IMG/VR virus record: IMGVR_UViG_3300035698_009252
Span: 1-64,000 of that record
DNA length: 64,000 nt
Direction: 5' to 3' (one strand)
From: a virus
Positions 17,492 through 25,760 of this stretch are shown here, piece after piece. Below the pieces are notes generated by a model, which saw only the letters and a list, made by a program, of their open reading frames with translations, searched no databases and was not told where the DNA came from. Position 1 is the first letter of the stretch; the number at the start of each line of letters is the position of its first letter. Made by a program: the position numbers and the translations under genes.

Positions 17492-18709
17492 TTACACCTC
17501 TATCGTCACCGTGCAATGCGACTCGGTGGATTGTTTTTGCATCCCCAACCGGAAGAAGGATGGCTGTTGGCTAGGGTTCCACACAAAATCATCGACATCT
17601 AACTCCAAAAGCCGCTCGTGAATCCGACCATCGTATTGAATAGAGAGGTACCTCACAAGCCGCTGAATCTCCTGGTTGCGGGTTTGGGAGGTGTTCCCAT
17701 CTTTATTGCGGTACTGGACGTATGCCATCTTTGGGATATGCCCCATCCGTGTCGCCAGGAACGTCCTAACCATAAGTTCATAGTCATCGGCAACATGAAT
17801 TTTGGGGCCATGTCCCCCTATCGTGCGATACACTTGCGTTCTCCACGAACGGACATGGTTCGGAGCCGCAACAATGTGTCGAATGGTTTTGGCGTTAATG
17901 TGGGGGCAATTCACAACGGAATACTTCATTCCGTTATGCATCTCTTCTCTATAGGTGCCATACCCAAGCCCCCATCCTGGTTCATACTTTACCGGGGCTC
18001 CTCCCTCATAACATTCAGCAAAGTCTGTGTATATAAACCCAACCTCCGGGTGCTGAGCATATCCACTCACAAGCCATTCCAGGCATTGAGGCGTCAACTG
18101 GTCGTCATGGTCCAACTCAACAAGGAAATCTCCTCTCGCCAAATCGAAAGCTGTTCTCTTGACATTGCCAATACTGCCAGAGTGCCTGCTCTCCTTATAC
18201 ACCCTGACCCGGTAATCCATTTTCGCAATCTCGGAGAGCCGGTCAAACGTCTCATCCCCATCATCGGAATCATCCAAAACAACCCACTCCCAATCCGCAT
18301 GCGTTTGCGCTAAGAGAGAATGGAATGGGCGTAAAATCTTGTCCCCGGTTTTGTAGGAGGTAGTAATTACACTGACAAGAGGGACGGGTCTCCCGAACTC
18401 CATAGCATTGCAGAGGAAGCAATGGAAAGCATTGCTTCCTATAACATCGGGATTCTCGTCCGGCTTGAAATGAGTCCACATTTGCCGGATGAAGGATGGG
18501 GCCTGCACCAAGTTTGGGAATTTCTCATGAGATTCCCCTATAGAGACTATCGCGACTGGCCTCTCTTTAGCCAGAACCCGGTTGAGGTCGTCATCGGTTT
18601 TGTAACAGCGGCAATCGAGGGCAGATGTTTCAAACTGTGGCACCGGATAGGGACTTTTGAGAGAGATTTTTTCTACCCCAAAAACCACTATCACGAGCGA
18701 ATCAGCCAT
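17492..18709 (-). CDS. Glycosyltransferase family 2
   Basis: LVSVITTSY, SLLAQTHADWEWVVLDDS, ARGDFLVELDHDD, DDYEL. Confidence 0.9.
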   Translation of the reverse strand: MADSLVIVVFGVEKISLKSPYPVPQFETSALDCRCYKTDDDLNRVLAKERPVAIVSIGESHEKFPNLVQAPSFIRQMWTHFKPDENPDVIGSNAFHCFLCNAMEFGRPVPLVSVITTSYKTGDKILRPFHSLLAQTHADWEWVVLDDSDDGDETFDRLSEIAKMDYRVRVYKESRHSGSIGNVKRTAFDLARGDFLVELDHDDQLTPQCLEWLVSGYAQHPEVGFIYTDFAECYEGGAPVKYEPGWGLGYGTYREEMHNGMKYSVVNCPHINAKTIRHIVAAPNHVRSWRTQVYRTIGGHGPKIHVADDYELMVRTFLATRMGHIPKMAYVQYRNKDGNTSQTRNQEIQRLVRYLSIQYDGRIHERLLELDVDDFVWNPSQQPSFFRLGMQKQSTESHCTVTIEV

Positions 18710-19097
18710 CGATTACTTCCTCGGGTCCACCAACGATGACCCTCTTTCCCTCTTTACTTTCAACAAACCGGACCGGTTGAACTGATTGCTCCACAATCGT
18801 CACTACGGCAAAATCCGCAGGTTCTTTGCCGCACCGGATGAGCTTGCCCAATTGCGTTAGGGCTAAAATGACCAACTCGCCGGTCTTATCATCGACATGG
18901 TGGCTCAGAATATAGACATCCCTTCGCAGGGACACCACACTAAATGACGTGTCCTGTGGCAAGGAGATAGCAATCCCTGTCCCAACCTCCCAAATACCAT
19001 TCCCCAAGAACTTCACCCTTACGGTTTTTGCCTTGAATGAATTGCCAATGGGTCTACCCGCCTTCTCATTTAACACTTTGAGGGTCAAGGAATTCAT
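18702..19097 (-). CDS. Degenerate dUTPase-fold protein
   Basis: VGTGIAISLP resembles IPTGIAVELP of the neighbouring dUTPase. RSG and GTID motifs absent. Confidence 0.45.
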   Translation of the reverse strand: MNSLTLKVLNEKAGRPIGNSFKAKTVRVKFLGNGIWEVGTGIAISLPQDTSFSVVSLRRDVYILSHHVDDKTGELVILALTQLGKLIRCGKEPADFAVVTIVEQSVQPVRFVESKEGKRVIVGGPEEVIDG

Positions 19098-19996
19098 TTC
19101 CCACCTCTCCTCGTTTTAAGGCGGGCAAACTTCGAAAGCCCCGCCCTGGGAAGCCGTACTTCCTGCCGAAGCACGCCGTTATGATAATGGTCCTCGGGAG
19201 GTCTAACCGTTGCCGTGCCTGGGGCGATTATGGCCACCTTTGCCCTTTTCCATAAAGTCACCAAGCGTTGATCCCTCTGTACCCCCTCTAAGTCGTGCTG
19301 CTCTAACACGAACTTCTCGGCATAGACTCCCACCCCTAAAGATTTCGCTGGGGGGCGGAACAGGGTAATGTCGGGCTGCAATCCAACATCAATCTCCCCA
19401 ATCCTGTGAAGGAAATCTTCGGCCACAACGCATGTGTCGTGCAGAAGGACGTGAAAATCCACACTCTCGTTACGGGATAGAAGAGGAGTAAAGCCCTTCA
19501 AGTTCCTCGTATCCGATATATACCGGACCTCGTTCTTGACAGTGTCGAATTCTTCGGTAATCGGCACGCTGCCCACAACGACGGTCACCTTGGACATATC
19601 GACATTCGCTTGCCGCAGCGACTTGAGGAGTTTTGGCATCACCTCTTTCTGGTTTGCCGGACAAGACGCCACACAGATTCCCCAGTCACTCCCCGAGAGT
19701 GGCTTCTTCTCGGCCATCACAATTCGCTGGACAATGGAGTCCACGTGGGAAGTGCCAACTGCCACGACAACTCCGTTGACCGACTCGACACCCCGAAACT
19801 CGTAGACCGTCTCTGCATTATCGAAGAGGCTCAAGAAGGACAGGATGCCATCATTAACCTCCCATTGATAACCCTCCGCCGTCTTGCCATCGGCCATAAG
19901 GGTCAACTCCCCCAAGGCGCAGAACTTGTTTGCCCTCCAGTCGTTCGTATAGATGGCGAAGGACCCCGTCAAAGTATTTGAGAATGGAAAATTCAT
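19094..19996 (-). CDS. Putative GT-A fold glycosyltransferase-like protein
   Basis: ICVAS...LLKSL...VTVVVG...VLLHDTC pattern in the C-terminal half. Confidence 0.45.
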   Translation of the reverse strand: MNFPFSNTLTGSFAIYTNDWRANKFCALGELTLMADGKTAEGYQWEVNDGILSFLSLFDNAETVYEFRGVESVNGVVVAVGTSHVDSIVQRIVMAEKKPLSGSDWGICVASCPANQKEVMPKLLKSLRQANVDMSKVTVVVGSVPITEEFDTVKNEVRYISDTRNLKGFTPLLSRNESVDFHVLLHDTCVVAEDFLHRIGEIDVGLQPDITLFRPPAKSLGVGVYAEKFVLEQHDLEGVQRDQRLVTLWKRAKVAIIAPGTATVRPPEDHYHNGVLRQEVRLPRAGLSKFARLKTRRGGK

Positions 19997-20481
19997 ACTT
20001 TTCCTCCTGTTTTCGTTGTTTGTAGCCCTGTAGAGCCGAAACCACCCGACCCACGCGCCGTGTCAGACAGCTCGGACACCTCTTCAATATCAAAGGATAG
20101 TACCTGTTTTAGGCATGCTTGTGCAATCTTCATTCCGGGCTCGACATCGAACGCTACTCGGCTGCTGTTGAACAAGATGACACCGACTTCTCCGCGATAC
20201 CCCTCATCGATGGTCCCTGGGGTGTTGAGCACCGTAATTCCGTGCTTAAGGGCCAAACCACTACGAGGACGGATTTGAAGCTCGGTCCCTGGAGGCAACT
20301 CCACCGCAATCCCCGTCGGAATCAATGCCCGGCTCCCCGGCAGAATCGTATAGTATGGGGTTGTTATGCAGGCCGTAAGGTCGATACCCGCGTCTCCAGG
20401 ATGGACCGCTTTGGGTACATGCGCGGCTTCACACAATTTCTTGATTTTCAGTATCATTTTGTCCCTTAAGAGTTGAAACAC
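19993..20481 (-). CDS. dut: Trimeric dUTP diphosphatase
   Basis: All five motifs: AGIDL, RSGLA, GTIDEGYRGE, KIAQ, RGSGGFGSTG. Confidence 0.97.
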   Translation of the reverse strand: MFQLLRDKMILKIKKLCEAAHVPKAVHPGDAGIDLTACITTPYYTILPGSRALIPTGIAVELPPGTELQIRPRSGLALKHGITVLNTPGTIDEGYRGEVGVILFNSSRVAFDVEPGMKIAQACLKQVLSFDIEEVSELSDTARGSGGFGSTGLQTTKTGGKV

Positions 20482-21368
20482 GATTCATGTGTTTTCAGGT
20501 GCTCCAGTATTCCGGCATACATCCACTTCATCTTGTAAGCCGTCACTTCTTCCTCCCGGTCAAATTGATAGACGTGGCTGTTGCCTTCCTCAAGCACCCA
20601 TTCTGCGCCTCGGTGTCTCAGAGTTTTTTCGATAGCCTCCCGATATAACTCGGACGGGTCTATGTCGTTACCCACGACCTTTCTTGATGCCCCTCCGACA
20701 TGAAACATCTTATCCCCGTACATCACACACAGCAAGCGATTGAATTCGTTATCAAACGCACTGGCGTATGACGCCTTGGCACACCGAGTGGGCATCCACC
20801 CACACATCTGTTTCCCCAACTCATTCGCCTTGTCGATAAGAGAGAAGCCGGTATCTTCGACCTTCCCCCCATACGACAACCCGAAATCCTGGATAAAATT
20901 GGTGTGAACCAACTGGCAAGCCACCCACGAGTTGTCCCAGTTGTGGTATTTGCGAATCTTCCACTCCATATCTTTTTCTTGAACATTCGGCATCGGTGGT
21001 TCCCAAGGCCACAAGATACCAGGGAGAAGATACCCCTGGTCATCCAACTTGACCAATTCGGACAGCCAGCCAGGTGCCACCGGGAAGCAATCACAATCCA
21101 AAGTAAGGACAAGCCCTTGTTCCCGCTTCATCCCCTCATCCAGAAGGTACATGTGCCGGAAACTTGCCGTGCCCTCTGGCACCGGCATCGAGACCCTCTC
21201 GACACCCTCATGCAATTTGAGGATGCCATTAAGTTCCGGGGCTGCCACATCGTCGGAATAGACACAAACCCGGCTATCACACCCCGCATCGTGCCGTGCC
21301 AAAGCAGATAAGCACGTCCTCAAGGTTCGTTCCATACCAACCGCATATGTTACAAGGATTGTTACCAT
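20466..21368 (-). CDS. GT-A fold glycosyltransferase-like protein (paralogue A)
   Basis: LTLDCDCFP (DxD), EDTG, FHVGGAS. Confidence 0.65.
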   Translation of the reverse strand: MVTILVTYAVGMERTLRTCLSALARHDAGCDSRVCVYSDDVAAPELNGILKLHEGVERVSMPVPEGTASFRHMYLLDEGMKREQGLVLTLDCDCFPVAPGWLSELVKLDDQGYLLPGILWPWEPPMPNVQEKDMEWKIRKYHNWDNSWVACQLVHTNFIQDFGLSYGGKVEDTGFSLIDKANELGKQMCGWMPTRCAKASYASAFDNEFNRLLCVMYGDKMFHVGGASRKVVGNDIDPSELYREAIEKTLRHRGAEWVLEEGNSHVYQFDREEEVTAYKMKWMYAGILEHLKTHESCFNS

Positions 21369-21380
21369 TTCTATTTCCTT

Positions 21381-22304
21381 TCAAGATTGTCTGAGGTTCC
21401 GGCCATCAGGGCTTATCCCTAGCACTTGGTTCATCTTGCGCTCCGCGACCTCCTCCTCCTCGTCAAACCGGTACTTGTGAGTTAGCCGGTCCTCAAGAAG
21501 AAACTCGGCCCCACTCTCCCCAAGCATACGCTCGATAGCCCATCCGAAGTGTTCAGAATCCCACTTCTTTTCTCCGCAACCCATCAGGGTATACGACCCG
21601 ACGTGGCAGACACTATCGCCATACACCACACTGTGTGTACGATTATGTTCCGGGTTGAAGGACTGCTCGATGTCCATCCCTTCCCTAACGTCATACGAAG
21701 AGGCTGGCAATGGGCACCGCGTAGGCATGAGCCCTGCAATTTTCCACCCCTTTTCCTTAGCCCTCAAAGGAATGAGCAACCCCGTGTCATCACCACCTGC
21801 ATAGTTAACCTCACAGGACTCCTGCAACTCCTTGTAATCGGCCAAGCGAAGCATCTGGCAAGCGACATGGGTATTGTTCCAGCAATGCTGGGAACGGATG
21901 CGCAATTCCAGCTTGTTCTTAGCCATACCCTCGGGAGGGGGTGCCCAGGGATGCAGTATGCCCACAAGCCGGGCCTCTGTTGTCATATCGAGCAGATTTT
22001 GTAACCACCCATCCGCAATCGGGAAACAGTCAGAGTCCAGTGTGAGTACAAATTCCGTCGTAATCTCGGCAGGGATTATCTTGTCGAGGATGTTCCCATG
22101 AATTCGTGTCCAGGGCTCTGCCGATACGGCCACCTCTATAACGGTAAACATATGTTTTTCTTGAAGTCCCTCCAAGCCATCATCGACACCCGTCGTTGCG
22201 ACAACACACGCGACTTCCTGCTTCGTGTGACGTTGTAGGCTGGAGAGGCATACGTCCAGCATCTCGGATGTTCCTGGCCGGTAGCATATTACGATTGTGA
22301 CCAT
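21381..22304 (-). CDS. GT-A fold glycosyltransferase-like protein (paralogue B)
   Basis: LTLDSDCFP, DDTG, CHVGS. Aligns by eye to 20466-21368 over its full length. Confidence 0.65.
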   Translation of the reverse strand: MVTIVICYRPGTSEMLDVCLSSLQRHTKQEVACVVATTGVDDGLEGLQEKHMFTVIEVAVSAEPWTRIHGNILDKIIPAEITTEFVLTLDSDCFPIADGWLQNLLDMTTEARLVGILHPWAPPPEGMAKNKLELRIRSQHCWNNTHVACQMLRLADYKELQESCEVNYAGGDDTGLLIPLRAKEKGWKIAGLMPTRCPLPASSYDVREGMDIEQSFNPEHNRTHSVVYGDSVCHVGSYTLMGCGEKKWDSEHFGWAIERMLGESGAEFLLEDRLTHKYRFDEEEEVAERKMNQVLGISPDGRNLRQS

Positions 22305-22895
22305 CTATTTCCCCTTTCGAACCATTATCTTCTTCGCATCGACAACCCACTTTCGGACTGCCGGGTCAGCCTGAAGAGAGTACAAGTCTATGTCGAAGTT
22401 CCGGTCTTCCGGGATAGACAGGAACATCTGCAATTCCCTTTTCTCACTTTTAAGGGTGCCCCTGTCCCATTCCGCACGACTTGCATAGAATACCACATTC
22501 TGCCCATTAAGGACATGCGCAATCACGCACAAGCCCCACGGCAAGCAAAATAGGTCATAGTTAAGACCGAAGGTGAGCTGCCCATCCCCGCTGCGCATCT
22601 TCATGGGAACCACCTTAACGGCGAACAAGACCCCCTTGTCCAACAGGAAATGGTACGGATACGGGATTGTAACCGTACCAACGTCGCGGTCCTTCCCCTT
22701 GACAACCATCTCAACATGGCCATCAGAGGGGATGGTTAGTGAGTCCGTATACGCACGGACATGCTCAAACACACTTGTTTGCCCTGTAGGTGTCTCTGCC
22801 TCTGCCCGGTACAACACCGACCCCGGCACATCGAAGACCTTAGTCAGCGACGAATGGGAAACAAGATTGTCTTGAGTTACTGGGTCTGTTTCCAT
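22305..22895 (-). CDS. Hypothetical protein
   Basis: 196 aa, translationally coupled. Confidence 0.6.
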   Translation of the reverse strand: METDPVTQDNLVSHSSLTKVFDVPGSVLYRAEAETPTGQTSVFEHVRAYTDSLTIPSDGHVEMVVKGKDRDVGTVTIPYPYHFLLDKGVLFAVKVVPMKMRSGDGQLTFGLNYDLFCLPWGLCVIAHVLNGQNVVFYASRAEWDRGTLKSEKRELQMFLSIPEDRNFDIDLYSLQADPAVRKWVVDAKKIMVRKGK

Positions 22896-23251
22896 TATTC
22901 CATCTCCACGACCCCAGTGCTACCCGTTACACGACGAGGGGTCCCGTCCTTGGCCTTGTCCTCATAGTAGTCCACGATTCCCTTCCGCTTCTCATCCGAA
23001 ACGATTTCCGTGATACCTGTACGGATGTTGGCCTCGATGACGGACGCCCGGTCCATTACCACGAACCCCTTACGAGCTGACGGCCCCGAGCCGCCCAGCA
23101 TGACACACTTGACGCCATCGGTAATGGTCGCATCGCCTCCACTGGGATTCGACATCGAGATGTCCGTCTCGACGATTTCGAACAGGCAATCCCCGAACAC
23201 GTCTTCCTTGGTCTTCGTCTGCACCCTAATCAATGTACCTTGCTTCAGCAT
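22895..23251 (-). CDS. Hypothetical protein
   Basis: MLKQGTLIRV..., GGAGG RBS. Confidence 0.6.
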   Translation of the reverse strand: MLKQGTLIRVQTKTKEDVFGDCLFEIVETDISMSNPSGGDATITDGVKCVMLGGSGPSARKGFVVMDRASVIEANIRTGITEIVSDEKRKGIVDYYEDKAKDGTPRRVTGSTGVVEME

Positions 23252-23285
23252 CTTCCGTCCTCCTGTTTTTGGGGCTATGCCCCGT

Positions 23286-24500
23286 TTACTCCAACATCTG
23301 TATGTCCCGCTTATCGTCAAAGAACCGAGTCTCCGAGTCATCGAACTTGTCCATCGGAAAAGCACCCACTGCTCCGATTTTCACGTTGTCCCGGAAAAAC
23401 TCCATCGCCGCCTTGAACACGAAAAACTTCATTGTGTCCAACCCATCTCCGAGGGACACGATAAGCATAGAGTTTCCAGCCCTGGACGTGTGGGGTGTCA
23501 CCGCCTCTATCTGTCCGAACAAAAGCACCTTTCCCCGGTCGCCCATCCCGTGAATCGGCGTCCATTTCTTCTGTTTGATAAGCTTCTGGTGCTGCTTATA
23601 CAATGGCTCCCTGGACAGGCACAAGCCTATGGCTTCCTTCTCCAACTCCACCCACTTGTCATCCGTCCTCACGGGTGGCTCTCCATCCTTCTTGTTCTTC
23701 CTCACTCGAAAGTATTCAGCAATCACTTCGTTGCGCGTGCCGAATTTTACAAAAGCATCAGCAGCGATAAGAGAAAGCACTTGCCGCTTGTCCGGCCTAC
23801 GACTGGATTTCTTTCCGGTCTTCCCTATCGTTGTAACCTTCACCCGCTCGTGGAAGTCCTCTATGCTCTCGATTGGCTGGAAAGACTCGATGACGGCAGC
23901 CTTTGATGCCACAAACTTGATATGGCTCATGGAGAACCGGATAGCCCCATCCGCGTTCATAGTGAAGCCTTCGCGGCTCTTGTTGACATGCGGCCCAAGG
24001 ACCTCCACACCCCTGCGACGGGCATAATTGATGTAGTTCACCATGATATTGCTCGACCCGTGCTTTTTCTTACCAGGGTCGGTATTGCTGATAAGGGCAC
24101 ACATGTACTCGGGCAGGAAATTGTGTTTGAGCCACAACTGCGCCGTACTAACAGCACTATATGCTGTCGCATGGGATTTGTTAAAACCATACCCGGCAAA
24201 CGTCTCAAGCAGACTCCAAATCACCTCTACGTCCTTAAGGGTACACTCTCCGGCATCAATGTGGCCTTGTGCCCCCGAAATAAACTTTGGCTTCAAGGCC
24301 GCCATCTTCTCTGGAATCTTCTTCGCAATCGTCTTCACAAATTTGTAGGACTCGCCGGGACTGAACCCAGACAACTGCTGTGCAACCTGCATACAGTTGT
24401 GGACAACTACCCCGTTCGCGATGAAGTTATGGTGTTCTTCAACGGTGAGGTCGTACACAGGATGCTCACCGAGACAGTCAAATGAAACCAGTTTCGCCAT
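23286..24500 (-). CDS. dnaE: DNA polymerase III alpha, C-terminal part, with N-terminal split-intein IntC
   Basis: 35-aa IntC ...VYDLTVEEHHNFIANGVVVHN, then CMQVAQQLSGFS, FAGYGFNKSHATAY, HhH and OB regions. Confidence 0.93.
   Translation of the reverse strand: MAKLVSFDCLGEHPVYDLTVEEHHNFIANGVVVHNCMQVAQQLSGFSPGESYKFVKTIAKKIPEKMAALKPKFISGAQGHIDAGECTLKDVEVIWSLLETFAGYGFNKSHATAYSAVSTAQLWLKHNFLPEYMCALISNTDPGKKKHGSSNIMVNYINYARRRGVEVLGPHVNKSREGFTMNADGAIRFSMSHIKFVASKAAVIESFQPIESIEDFHERVKVTTIGKTGKKSSRRPDKRQVLSLIAADAFVKFGTRNEVIAEYFRVRKNKKDGEPPVRTDDKWVELEKEAIGLCLSREPLYKQHQKLIKQKKWTPIHGMGDRGKVLLFGQIEAVTPHTSRAGNSMLIVSLGDGLDTMKFFVFKAAMEFFRDNVKIGAVGAFPMDKFDDSETRFFDDKRDIQMLE
24396..24500 (-). mobile_element. 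Split intein, C-fragment (35 aa)
   Basis: Block F (VYDLTV) and block G (HN) followed by Cys+1. Confidence 0.92.
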
Positions 24501-25396
24501 TATAAATCCCTAGCCAATTCCGCAGTTGAACCCATCAATACCTTCTCGATGTCGTCCACCACCTTGCCAATCCGAGCCATGATGTCGCTCTCCCAATACC
24601 TAATGACATTATACCCTGCCCTCCTGGCCAGAAGCGTGTAATTTGTGTCAATATGATATTGACGCTTCTGATTCGGAGTGAGGGCAAATTTCTTCGGATT
24701 TCCGTGCCAGTAGTCCCCATCCACTTCAACAACCAAGCGGCCATCAATCAAAAAATCATAACAGTGATTGCTAATCGAAATGTCGTTGAACTGTTCGTCA
24801 AAAGCAATGCCCCTCTTTTCTAGCCATTTCCTCATCCGAATCTCGGGTTTCGTGTTCTGTCCCGCCCCGATTCCCGCTTTCAGCCTCCTAATATTCCCAG
24901 CTCGGACACCAGTCTTGATGTCTTTCCTTGCCTTCTTATTCTCATCTGTGTTGATACACCATACTTGGTGCCTCTGAAGGCCCGCCAACCCTTTAAATTC
25001 TCTTCCACAATTATAACACCTCAGCAACAACCTATCGTGATGGCAATGAGCCTTGTGGGCGCGGAGTGACGTATTGCTCTCAAAATCTTCACCACACCTT
25101 TCGCACTCGAATACTCCCTGGACTCGGATGTTCTTTTGCCCCTCCGCTATCTTTTTTTTATGTTCTGCCGTGAACTTCCTTCCGAGATTGTGCCTTCTCC
25201 CACACTTGGGGCCACAATACTTCGTACCTATTTTCGTGCCGGAATTTTTCTTGATGTACGGCTTGCCGCATCCTTGGCAGACATACTCCCTTTTTACATC
25301 CCGGTATCGGTAAGAATTCGCACAAGCCCTTGAACAAAATCGGCTACCTCTCGCCCTTTGCTTCTCAGTCAGTGGCTTTCCACAAAAACAAGTCAT
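24500..25396 (-). CDS. Free-standing Vsr/DUF559-like homing endonuclease with several zinc fingers
   Basis: TKPE..M, YDF, VEVDGDYWHG, RYWESDI. N-terminal FCSRAC, YCGPKC and two C2HC-like fingers. Confidence 0.85.
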   Translation of the reverse strand: MTCFCGKPLTEKQRARGSRFCSRACANSYRYRDVKREYVCQGCGKPYIKKNSGTKIGTKYCGPKCGRRHNLGRKFTAEHKKKIAEGQKNIRVQGVFECERCGEDFESNTSLRAHKAHCHHDRLLLRCYNCGREFKGLAGLQRHQVWCINTDENKKARKDIKTGVRAGNIRRLKAGIGAGQNTKPEIRMRKWLEKRGIAFDEQFNDISISNHCYDFLIDGRLVVEVDGDYWHGNPKKFALTPNQKRQYHIDTNYTLLARRAGYNVIRYWESDIMARIGKVVDDIEKVLMGSTAELARDL

Positions 25397-25445
25397 AGCA
25401 TCCTCCACACTTGGTGTTATCACTTATGTAGAGAATATCAAACAA

Positions 25446-25760
25446 TTATGCCACTTCGTCGTAACCTATATCTTCAGTTGTAACAATATCATCTTCAGGT
25501 GTCAAGTATTGAGCCTCAACCCATCCTCGATTGTTGGTCATCAACAAATGGTCTTCCGTACATTTTAGGACAAACCCGTTATCAAGAGTCAGCCGATATA
25601 CATCCTTGATTCCATTCCTGTGCTTTGTAATTATCGCCCTCTCTACCACATCGCCCTTGTCATTCACGCACAAAACTGAATTTGAAGCATCATGTTCGAC
25701 AATGTCCCCAATCTTCACATATCCAGAAGGAGTCAAGACCCCAACGTCGGCAGGACAACA
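25446..25760 (-). mobile_element. Split intein, N-fragment (104 aa)
   Basis: Begins CCPADVGVLT after YQEQ. Block B CTEDH, then GWVEAQYL. Confidence 0.92.
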
